Shown: positions 1 to 15,099 of the stretch, piece after piece
How the letters are laid out: every line of letters begins with the position of its first letter
How positions within the stretch are numbered: the stretch's first letter is position 1
NCBI RefSeq assembly: GCF_009914755.1
Contig: NC_060936.1
Strand: one strand, 5' to 3'
DNA length: 64,000 bases
Source: the human T2T-CHM13v2.0 reference genome, Homo sapiens
Notes under the pieces: generated by a model
Told to the model about the DNA's origin: nothing
What the model saw: only the letters and a program-made list of their open reading frames with translations
Database searches by the model: none
Position numbers and translations under genes: made by a program

Positions 1-398
1 GAAGCTTAGGGAAGGAGATAAAGACAGAGAGGTAGGCAGGGACTAGATCACATAGTGCCTTGAGAATCATAGAGATTTGGTTACAGCTAAGTGCAATTGG
101 GAGAATGTTGGAGGGTTGCTCTGAACAAGGACATGACAGGATCTGATATGCATTTTTAATAGATTAATTTTGGGGAAAATATATGTAACACAAGTAACTG
201 AAGAGGATGTGTATCTAGATTTTAAAAGGTACTGCAAATCAATATGATGAAAACACACACACACACACAATTGGAAAATCAGCAAAATACTTAAGCAGGC
301 ACTTCCCCACAGAGGAAATCTAAATGGTCAAAAGCATATGAAAAATGTTCTGTCTTGTTAATCAACCAGGGAAATACATGTTCGAACTTCCACATGTT

Positions 399-1045
<647 letters not shown>

Positions 1046-1141
1046 ACTTGTACAAAAGCCAGAGGCAGTAACAGGAGCCTGTAGTCCCAACTACTTTAGA
1101 GGCTGAGGCAGGAGGATCACTTAAGCCCAGGAGTTTGAGGT

Positions 1142-1615
1142 TGTTATATATAAAGGTTCGGTGCCGCAAAAGAAATAGCACTCGAATATAAAATTTTCTT
1201 TTTAATTCTCAGCAAGGCAAGGTACTTCAATAGAAGGGTGTGCCCTTACAGATGGAGCAATGGTGAGCGCACACTTGGATAAGGGAGGGGAAGGGGTTCT
1301 TATCCCTGACACACGTGGCCCCTGCTGCTGTGTGGTTCCCCTATTGGCTAGGGTTAGACCTCACAGGCTAAACTAATTCCAATTGGCTAATTTAAAGAGA
1401 ATGACAGGGTGTGTGCTTTGGCAGGAGTCAGGGCAGGGCAGGTAGCAGGTAATCAGAATGAGTTAGGGTGGAGTAGGTGACCAGAATGAGTCAGAGTGGA
1501 GTAGGTAATCGAAAAAGGTAGCTTTACGAGGAAGTTAAGTTTAAAAGTAGAAGGCAAATAATTGAACATACTGACATTAATTCTTTGAAAAGAAATTTAG
1601 AACTCATATCTAACA
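1142..1615 (-). mobile_element. LTR10-family solo LTR (ERV1) inserted into an Alu monomer
   Basis: TG...CA ends. Reverse complement of the 15100-15705 element. TSD aggt/aggc. Splits Alu sequence at 1066-1141 and 1616-1710. Confidence 0.8.
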
Positions 1616-2739
1616 AGGCTATGGTGCAGTATGATTATGCCTGTGAATAGCCACTGCACTGCAGCTTGGGGAACATAGCAAGACTCCGTCTCCAAAAAAC
1701 TCCCCCCAAAAAACTGTACAAGCCACTAGGATGGTAAAAGTAGGAAAAACAATCTGACACTCTCAAGGAACTTTGACAATACCAATGGAAACTCACCCTT
1801 TGGTAGAGCATTAAACAGGTTGTAACCATTTTGGAAAAGAAAGGCTGTGCATCTTCAAGTTTATTAGACAGTCTGATATCTACATTCTCCTAGTTATATA
1901 TCTTAGAGAAACTCTTGCATGTAAGTGCCAGAAAGCATGTATCAAAGTGTTTATTGTAGCACTAATAATAACTGAAAACACCCAAAAGTCCATTAAAGAG
2001 TATAATAAATTATGATATTAATTACAATATATGAAATTCTATACAGAGCTACAGCTATATGCATAAGGACAGATGAAGCTCACAAACATTATATTGAGCC
2101 AAAAAGCAGCAAGTCACAGAAAAAAAAAATAGTGAGATTCCATTTATATAACTTGAAGATGGGTAAAACCTAAACTATATTGTTTAGGTTGTAATATTGG
2201 TGATATTGCTTATGGATATAAGTGTGAGATAAAACTAAAGCAAGAGAATGATCATCACGCACACACACACATACACACACACACACACAAATACATGCAC
2301 ACAAAGAACTGCATTTATCTTTGCAGAAAGGGAGGAAATGTGAGCAAGAAGAGGTCTTATGATGTCCTGAAAGTGTTCCGTTTCTATGAAGCATGAAAAT
2401 TTTTAATTTTGTTGAAGTCCAACCTATCTATTTTTTTTCTTTGATTGCTTGTGCTTTGGAGGTCATATTTAAGAAATTCTTGCTAAATTCATGGACACAA
2501 AGATTTACACCTATGATTTCTTTGAAGAGTTTTATAATTTCAGCTCTTACATTTAGATCTTTGGTATATTTTGAGTTAATTTTTGTATATGACATGAGGT
2601 AGGGGGTCCAATATTATTCTTTTGCATATTGTGTTCCAGTTCTAAACCTGTGTGTTTGGATACATGGATATTTACTTTATAATATATTTTATATACTCTT
2701 ATGTATGTATATTTTATAGATTGAAAAGTATAAGAGACA

Positions 2740-3720
2740 ATGGCTTTGGGTACTGTTTGGAGTATCCTGTCTGTGGAGAATAAGTTGTGAAACAGAGAAA
2801 ATCAGAAAGACCAATTGGGATGTTTCAAAGGTTTCTGGCTAAAGTAACAGTATGGATGGTGGTGCCATTAACTAAGACAGCAATGAATGCAAAAAGAGCA
2901 AGTTTTGTGGGGAGACACAAAATTATCTTTAGGATATGTTAAATTTGAGAAGCATTTTAAACATCCAAGTGGAGAAGTCAAAATGTAATTGGAGCCTGGT
3001 GTGGTGGAACATGGATGTAGTCCCAGTTACTGAGGCTGAGGTAGGAGGATTGCTTGAGCTCAGGAGTTTGAGACCAGCCTGGGCAAAATAGTGAGACCCC
3101 CATCTCCACAAAAATTTAAAAATTAGCCAGCTATGGGTGGCATGCACCTGTAGTCACAGCTATTCTTAGGAGGCTGAGGCAGGAGGATCACTCAAGTCCA
3201 GGAGTTCAAGGCTGCAGTGTGCTACAATCACACCTGTGAATAGCCACTGCACTCCAACCTGGACAACGTAGTGAGACCTCATCTATAATAATAATAATAA
3301 TAAAGCAGCAAATGATATATGAATTCAGAGTTCAGGGAAGAAAACAGGGCTCTAGGTACTCATTTGGGAATCCGTAATATGCTTGTCATAAAGCTATGGG
3401 ACTGACTGAGATTAAATAGGGAAAGAATGTACACAAAAAACAGAAGAGCATCAAGGACCCAGCTCTAGAGAGTCCTAATATTTAGAAGATGAGGAGAAAA
3501 AAGAGGCAGGTACTAGCAAGGAGATTGAGAAGAAGCAGCCAGTGATAAAGAGGGGAAACAGTGTGGCTTCAGGAAAACTTCAAGAAGAAAGTGTTTCAAA
3601 AAGAAAATAATGGTCAGCTACTACTGAGAAATTAACTGTGATTTGGATAGAGAACAAATCATTAGATTTGGCAAGATAAAGATGGTTGGCAAGCTTGATA
3701 GGGGATGTTTTGTGGCAGAT
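2740..3720 (-). mobile_element. L2 fragments with an AluJ insertion (~2990-3303)
   Basis: Purine-rich antisense L2 pattern (ggatggtggtgccattaactaag; ggatatgttaaatttgag). Similar L2 pieces at 1-230, 40630-41030 and 54860-55200. Confidence 0.55.
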
Positions 3721-4112
3721 GGCAAGTGTCGGTGGCTTTATCCAATTCTGAACAGGATATTTGCTAGCATGCACACAAGACCGTAATTCCTCTTTCATAA
3801 TGAATGCTACTAATGTTACACAATGTCAGATGAGTCACTTGACAATGTAATTTTCCAGTAGCAGTGTGTTTTGCTTTCTCTCTGAGCATATTTTGAATAA
3901 TTTCACATTAGGTTTTTACAAACCTTTTGACAGCAGTAAGAACCGTCTGTTTTAGGATATAAGAAGTGCAAATCTGAATGGATATCTAGTTTTGGCCTCT
4001 TTCTGACTTTAGCAAAAGAATTATTTAATTTTTTACTATGCTGTTTTGTTTTAGAAATGAAAAATTTAATTGGTTTACCAGTGCTCAGTGTTTTGTTAGA
4101 AATCAAAATGAA

Positions 4113-7032
<2,920 letters not shown>

Positions 7033-7394
7033 TTACGTAATCATGCCTGGTAGATGAAAATGTCAAAGGGAAAGAAAGTAAGTGTAACAAACATCTATTA
7101 GCTGTGCCTCTATTTTAACAAAATTTAGGCCTCTCTAAATTACAAAGTAAGTGGAATGGTTGAGTGTGGGAGGGCATTAGGGGTGCAGATTTTAGAAGTA
7201 TTTTATTAGATTTAGGGTTTGGGATTAGATTAGATGAGGGGTAATAAATGATTGCTAGGGAGAATGACTGGATCAGGGAACAGAAATTAACTTGTAGGTA
7301 GTTCTCTTTGGAATTTAAATGATCCTTGGAGAGAGTCAGTCATTATCTTGAAAAAGGGTCTGTTTAGGTGTGGTTACATTTTCGGTCTTACAGA

Positions 7395-7880
7395 TGTTAC
7401 CAAAACACCCAAGATTCAGTCTAGGTCCTGTTGCTCCCCTCACAGAAAGCCAATCATTAAGACAATGAGTATTGCCAGGGAAGAAGGCTGTAATCCAGTG
7501 CTGCAGCAGAGGAGATGGGAGATCAGTCCCAAATCCAACTCCCTGACTGTCTAAAATTTGGGATTTGTATAGCAGGGAAGAAATGTAACTATGTGTGGAA
7601 AAACGGGAATTTTAGGGAGGGGTAAGGAAGAGAAAGGGGTCAACAGGAAGCAGGCAGTCATGATTGGTGAGGCGTCTGGCTCCCTTTGTCCAGATGTGAT
7701 GATCTGGTAAGTTTCAGCTCCTTGATACTGTCTGGGAGGACTGATGGTTTCTTTTCTGAGAAAGCAACTCAGATAAGACAGATGTAATTTTCTCAAGTTT
7801 TAAGACCAGGAGGATAAATTTCTATGTTTATTAAAAAGAACCATAAACATCACCTCTACAGGACAATTGGGCAGGTTTCC
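7395..7880 (-). mobile_element. ERV1-type solo LTR (family not resolved)
   Basis: tgttacc start and LTR-like composition; appears nested in an older LTR fragment at about 7100-8060. Confidence 0.45.
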
Positions 7881-8994
7881 CAGGGAAGGGAAGAAAACTA
7901 TTGTTCTCCTTGGTGGGTCTGGAGCTTAGGCAGGTAAAGGAACTTGAGCCTCTTTGGAAGAGCTGGTGAGGGGTGGGTAGATCAGAGAGACCTTGAGTCT
8001 TCTTAGTTCAGGATGTAAACATGCCATATTTTGGGGAATTGGTTTCTAAGCCTCAACATTACAGACAGGAATGAAAACCGACCTTGTCTGGAGGAGAACT
8101 TTCCAAGTTTGGTACAGAGGACTCCCACAGATTATGATGAAGCCATCAACTCACAAACTGGATTACCAAACACACAAGAAGGCAATCACTGTGAGAGTCA
8201 GCAGAAACAACTGATTTAGATTTCTCAAATATTTCTAGTATTAGAATTATAATTACATATATACGACATAAAACAGCTGTGTATGAAGTGTTTAAAGAAG
8301 TATATAATTTAAAAAGTGAGCCTTCAACTAGAAACAGGAATGAACAGAAACATTTTGGAAACAATCCAAAAAGAACCAGGAATTAAAAATATAATGGGGT
8401 GACTCACATCTGTAATCCCAGCACTTTGGGAGGCTAAGGCGTGTGGATCCTTTGAGATCAGGAGTTTGAGACCAGCCCAGTCAACATGGCAAAACCCCGT
8501 CACTACAAAAATACAAAAATTAGCCAGGCATGATGGCACATGCCTGTAATCCCACCACTTTGGGAGGCCGAAGGGTGGATCATTTGCGGTCTGGAATTCA
8601 AGACAAGCCTGGCCAACATGATGAAACCCCATCCCTACTAAAAAGACAAAAATTAGTCAGGTGTGGCAGTGTGCGCCTTATAATCCCAGCTGCTTGGGAG
8701 GCTGAGGCAGGAGGTTGCAGTGAGCCGAGATCGCACCACTGCACTCCAGCCTGGCCACAGAGCGAGACTTCGTCTCAAAACCAAAAAAAAAAAAAAAAAA
8801 AAAAAAATGAGGTCGGGGATGGGGAAGTGGTGGTAGGAACTCAGTGGAGGGATGAACTAGCAGATTAGATAACTCAAGTGAGAATTTGTGAACCAGAAAA
8901 TATATCTAAATAACTGATCCAGAATGCACAGGGAGAAACAAGGAAATGGAAAATATGAAAAAAAGGTTAAAAGATATGTAAGATAGGATGAGAA

Positions 8995-9580
8995 TGAGAC
9001 AGGATAGTTCATAGTTCAAGGTCAAGTCTTGACCTTGACCCCCTTTGTGGGCAGGAACTGGAGTGGCTTGTTTCACTCAGCCTGCAGTCCGTGGATGGCT
9101 AAGTGTTAACAGCCCAGGCTGACAGCCTTCTGCACCTGCCCTTCTTGACACCCGAATTCTTATTCAGAGTCCAGGAAGAATCAGGTCACATAAACTTTTT
9201 GAAGGGTAGTGTATATGGAAGATTTTACTGTGTGATAAAAGTGGCTCTCAGCAGGATGGGGAATTGGAAAGGGGATGGTATGGGAAGAAACTGCTCTTTC
9301 TCTGAAGCCGTGTCTATCTGTAGTTTCCGATGCTCAGCTGCATGTATTCCTGATGCTCAGCAGCTTGTATCCCCGACCACTTGCATCAGCTGCTGAGGTT
9401 GCTCTTTTTCTTCCTTTTGTTCTGCTAGCTGGTCTGGTATTTATAGGCATATGACAGGGGGTGGAGCGGGCCAAAAAAGCAATCATTTGGGTGGAAAAAA
9501 TGGGGTCAGCTGTTTCACTTAGGACTGAGGTTCCAGGCTTGAGGGTGAAGTTTAGCCTGGAGCCCAGCAGTTCTGCATCA
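8995..9580 (-). mobile_element. ERV1 solo LTR, LTR1/LTR27-like group
   Basis: TG...CA ends. TSD agaa (8991-8994, 9581-9584). Interrupts L1 ORF1-like sequence. Similar to 38836-39687. Confidence 0.65.
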
Positions 9581-11473
9581 AGAAGATTTAACATACACTT
9601 AGTTTCAATTAGAAAGATAGTGAGAAAAGAGTAGAGGCAATGTGTAAAGAGATAATGGCTGTGAATTTCCCAGAACTGGTGAGAAGCATATACCCACAGA
9701 TCTTGAAAGCAAAGAAAAAAAAAAATAAGGAAACAGGGAAACAAATTTAAAATATAATTTTTAAAAAATTGCAGAGAAAAAGGAAACGAGTCTAAAAATG
9801 TAAAATGGCATATTACTAAAAAAGATTCCAAGTAGTCAAGAGCAATCTATGTCCTGATAAAATTATTAGATTTCAAAAAGAATTATTTAAAAGCCAGAGA
9901 ATAAATCACTTATAATGAGAAAAACAGGCTGATTTCAGATTTCTCCACAGCATTTGTTCTTAGAAGACATTATGTATACATACCAATAAAATCCTCCAGC
10001 AAAGAGATGTGACCCAGGAATTTTGTATGCAGTCAAACTGTTGCTTAAATATAAAGGTAGGTGGTGTGGTGCCTCACGTCTCTAATTCTAGCACTTTGGG
10101 AGGCTGAGGCAGGAGGATTCCTTGATCCCAGGAGTTCAAGACCAGCCTGGGCAACATGGTGACACCTTGTCCCTAATAAAAATAAAATTAAAAAAAAATT
10201 TAGCCAGGCATGATGATGCATGCCTACAGTTCCAGCTACCTGGGAGGCTGAGGTGGGAGGATCGCTTGAGTGCAGGAGATTGAGGCTGTGGTGAGCCATG
10301 GTTGCACCACCACACTCCAGCCTAGGTGACACAGTGAGACCCTGTCTCAAAACAAGACAAAACAAACACACACACATATATATATTTGTTTATATACATA
10401 CATATGTATGTATGTATATAAAGCCAAAGAGTTTTGAAAACACAACATCTTAAGGGTATTGTTTGTATTAACTCACATGAAGAATCCACCAATGGACAAA
10501 TGTTGTCAAACCAGAGATGACTAGAAAGCACTGGGTAGATAGCATAAGCGCTGCTGGTAAATTGGCTTAAAACTAAAATAAATGTGGGATTGTTGTTATT
10601 AAACAGAACAAATATAAACATTAAGAAACATAATATAATTAACAAAAATTGAGAAGTTGTAGAGAGAAAAAGGAGGTGGAAGGAAGAAGAAAGCTACTAA
10701 TTTAATTATTAGCAATTATCAGAATAGGGCATTGATAATAGTGGTTAAAGAAAGAAGATCAGGGCCGGGCACAGTGGCTCATGACTGTAATCCCAGAACT
10801 TTGGGAGGCCGAGGCAGGTAGATCACAAGGTCAGGAGATGGAGACCATCACGGCCAACATGGTAAACCCCGTCTCTACCAAATACAAAAATTAGCTGGGC
10901 CTGGTGGTGTGGCACACACCTGTAATCCCAGCTACTCAGGAGCGTGAGGCAGGAGAATCGCTTGAACCTGGGAGGAGGAGGTTGCAGTGAGCCAAGATCG
11001 CGACACTGCCCTCCAGCCTGGGTGACAGAGCGAGACTCCATCTCAAAGAAAAAAAAAAAAGAAAGAAGATCAGACATTTGACAAAATACAAACATGCATA
11101 ATTATCAGAAGAAATGGACATACAACAAAAACATCTCACATACGAAAACATCTCACATACGAAAATATTTTTAACCTTGAAACCATGAATTATAACATGA
11201 AATAACATGATATAGTCATGACCAAACATGTCTTTCATATCAAAAATTTTAAACAATTGTAATAATTGTAAATGAGTTTAATTCATCTAGTAAAAGGGGA
11301 AAAAGTCAGATAGAACCACAAATAAAAAATAATTCAATACCATAAAAACAAAGACAAACCTAAAACTAATAGATTCAGAAGGACAGAAAATGAAGAGAAA
11401 AAAAGATAAATGGGCAAACCTGTACTAGGCTAATGCAAACGAAAGTAATTGTTATCTTAATTTCAAATATGGA

Positions 11474-11485
11474 GAAAACGAAACT
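11474..11485 (+). promoter_or_regulatory. ISRE/IRF motif at the 5' edge of the IFITM3 retrocopy
   Basis: GAAAACGAAACT is an exact match to the ISRE consensus GAAANNGAAACT; function untested. Confidence 0.6.
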
Positions 11486-11555
11486 ACTGGGGAAAGGGAG
11501 GGTCCACTGAGAACCATCCCAGTAACTCAACCACGGCTGGTCTTCGCTGGACACC

Positions 11556-11957
11556 ATGAACCACACTGTCCAAACCTTCTTCTCTCCTGTCAACAGCGGC
11601 CAGCCCCCCAACTATGAGATGCTCAAGGAGGAGCACAAGGTGGCTGTGCTGGGGGTGCCCCACAACCCTGCTCCCCCAACGTCCACCGTGATCCACATCC
11701 GCAGCAAGACCTCCGTGCCCCACCATGTCGTCTGGTCCCTGTTCAACACCCTCTTCATGAACCCCTGCTGCCTGGGCTTCATAGCATTTGCCTACTCCGT
11801 GAAGTCTAGGGACAGGAAGATGGTTGGCAACGTGACTGGGGCCCAGGCCTATGCCTCCACCACCAAGTGCCTGAACATCTGGGCCCTGATTTTGGGCATC
11901 CTCATGACCATTCTGCTCATCATCATCCCAGTATTAATCTTCCAAGCCCATCGATAG
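11556..11957 (+). CDS. Intact 133-aa ORF of an IFITM3 retrocopy (CD225 family); probably annotated as processed pseudogene IFITM3P2
   Basis: [23 protein letters not shown]...[20 protein letters not shown]...; IFITM3-type FF and P70. No intron, no frameshift or internal stop. Kozak gacaccATG. Confidence 0.85.
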   Translation: MNHTVQTFFSPVNSGQPPNYEMLKEEHKVAVLGVPHNPAPPTSTVIHIRSKTSVPHHVVWSLFNTLFMNPCCLGFIAFAYSVKSRDRKMVGNVTGAQAYASTTKCLNIWALILGILMTILLIIIPVLIFQAHR

Positions 11958-12294
11958 ATCAGGAGACATCACTGAGGCCAGGAGATCTACCCATGACCTG
12001 TATCCTTTGTACTCCACCTTCCATTCCTCGCCCTGCTCCCGGAGCCAAGTCCTGTATCAGCCCTTTATCCTCACACACTTTTTTACGACGGCATTCAATA
12101 AAGTGTACGTGTTTCTGGTAAAATAAATAAATAAATAAATTCAAATATGACTGAGTTTGGGGGAATAAGTGCTAAATAAGACACAGACACTTTATATGCT
12201 AAAGGTTGAAATTCACAAAAATAACAGTTATGAATATCTATTTACAAATAACATGGCATTGATATAAGCATAGCCCTTAAAGCAAAAGTTAAGG

Positions 12295-12847
12295 TGTTGG
12301 AGGCCATGGGCTGTTGACCCCCTAAAGGTTTGCTAAAAAATCACCGACATGAAGCAGATTGACGAATAGAAGAAAAAGCGTACAAATTTATTTAACATGT
12401 ATACACAGGAGCCTTCAGAATGCGGACCCAATTTCCCAATAAGTAACAGAAGCTTATATACCACCTTGAAATTGCAGAAACAATGCGGACTCAGAGTATG
12501 TCCAAAAACAGGATTTAGTGGCAAGGCAGGTTATGGGAGGAAGAAAGGAAGGAAGAGGCTTTGCTAGCAATGGTGGCCTTGTTGTACAGAGAAGCCTCCC
12601 TCAGAGGGAATACATGGTAAAAGTTTATTTCCACATCTTTAAAGGTGCCAGACTGCCAGTCTCTCCTGGATCGGGAAAGGAATAGAAAAGAGAGGCAGGG
12701 CTGCATTAGTGGAGATTCTCTACAGATGCAAATTTTCCCCACAAAGGACAGCTTTGCTAGGCCACTTCCGTTTTCTGACCAAGGGGCAGCCATTTCAAAA
12801 TATGTCAAAGAAATATATTTGGGGCTAAAATATTTTAATTTCCTTCA
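12295..12847 (-). mobile_element. MER4-group ERV1 LTR
   Basis: Ends ...ccatttcaaaatatgtcaaagaaatatatttggggctaaaatatttt, shared with the MER4 element at 56760-56830. Confidence 0.55.
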
Positions 12848-13074
12848 AGGTCTACAACAGAAAAGTAGAGAGAAATACATTAATGGTGGGATACTTTAAC
12901 TCTTCTCAAAAGTATGCAGAAAGCCAAACAAGGGTATAGTGAATTTATAATTAGTAAGGTAGATATATGTCAAATTCTGTGCTTCTGAAAACAGAAAATA
13001 CATATTTTTATATTTCCAATAAAAAAACCTTCAATAAATTTCAAAAAGATAAAACAGTACAGCTGGGCACACTA

Positions 13075-13392
<318 letters not shown>

Positions 13393-13697
13393 CTAGTACC
13401 AAGGCAATAAAACTAGAAGACAATAATATAAGGAGGAAACCAAAGCCCCTACGTATTTGGAAATAAAATATCTTGGTTTTAAATAGCTCTCGGGCCCAAG
13501 AGGAAAATCCAAATGAAATTGCAGACCATCTAAAAAGTAATGATAACAAAAATATTGCACATCAGACTCTATATGATACTGCTGAAGCAGTGTTCAAACA
13601 TTGTATTTTAAATATCTTTATTACAAGTTATGAACAATGAAATAAATTTCTGAAATTCTTTTCTACACTTATCTTAAAGAATATTATATAGAATTAC

Positions 13698-14760
13698 TAT
13701 AATCACCTGTTGACTCCTTCCAGCCCACTGCACAGACAAAAATCGATTTACTGAGACCTCAGCATTGCAGTAGAGAAAAATTTGACACAAGGCCAGGCAC
13801 ACAGAAGACGGTGTTACTCCTCAAGTCAGTTTCCTTGAAGGCTCAGAGATTAGGGTTTTTAATGGACAATTTGGTGGGCAGGGAGCTAGGGAATGGGTAC
13901 TGCTGAGTGATCAGGGAGGAAATCACAGGGGTGTGGAAAATAGTCCTTGTGCACTTAGTCCACTTCTGGTGGAGCCACAGGACCAGCTGAGTCATGAGTC
14001 ACGAGTCCAGGTGGAGTCAGTCTGAGAAAATCTCAAAAAAAAAAAAAAAAAAAATCTCAGGTTTTACAGTAGTGGTGTTATCTATAGGAGCAATTGGAGA
14101 AGTCACAAATCCTGTGACCTCTGGCCACAGGACTCCTGAGCAATAAGAGATTGTAGAAACTATGCCTACATTTTAGCAGAACTCAGGCCCCTCCCATAAC
14201 CCTAATCTTATGGCCTTTCATTAGTTTTAAAAAGGCAGTTTCAGCCCCTGAACAGGGAGGGAATTCATTTTAGGGAAGGATTATTATAATCTTTGCTTCA
14301 AAGCCAAACTATATATTTTTATTTTTGAGACAGAGTCTCACTCTGTTGCCCCTGAGCTGGAGTGTAGTGGGGCAATCTTGGCTCACTGCAACCTCTGCCT
14401 CCTGAGTTAAAGCGATTCTCCTGCCTCAGCCTCCCAAGTAGCTGGGATTACAGGCACCCACCACTGTACCCGGCTCATTTTTTGTATTTTTTGTAGAGAT
14501 GGGGTTTCACCATGTTGGCCAGGCTGGTCTTGAACTCCTGACCTCAGGTGATTTCCCCGCCTTGGCCTCCCAAAGTGCTGGGATTACAGGCATGAACCAC
14601 CGCACCTGGCCCGAAGTTAAACTATTGACAACTACATTCCTCCCAGAGTTAGCTTGGTCTGTGCCCAGGTATGACCAAGAACAGCTTGGAGGTAAGAAGC
14701 AGGATGGAGTCAATTACATCAGATTTCTTTTACTGTCATAATTTTGCAGGGGCAGCTTCA
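13698..14760 (-). mobile_element. LTR8-family solo LTR, interrupted by an Alu (14313-14612)
   Basis: Minus-strand start tgaagctgcccctgcaaaattatgacag resembles the LTR8 consensus. TSD ttac (13694-13697, 14761-14764). Confidence 0.75.
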
Positions 14761-14892
14761 TTACAAATGCAGAACTTAGTAATAAAAGTCATATTGTTGG
14801 CTGGGCGCGGTGGCTTATGCCTGTAATCCCAGCACTTTGGGAGGCCGAGGCGGCTGGATCACGAGGTCAGGAGTTCGAGACCATCCTGGCTA

Positions 14893-15093
<201 letters not shown>

Positions 15094-15099
15094 TCATAT

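Larger units (their letters stand above)
11462..12149 (+). pseudogene. IFITM3 processed retrocopy: full insertion with 5' leader, 3'UTR, poly(A) tail and TSDs
   Basis: TSD ttcaaatatg at 11462-11471 and 12140-12149. AATAAA 12097-12102. (TAAA)n tail 12120-12139. Inserted into old L1 ORF2-like sequence. Confidence 0.92.
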
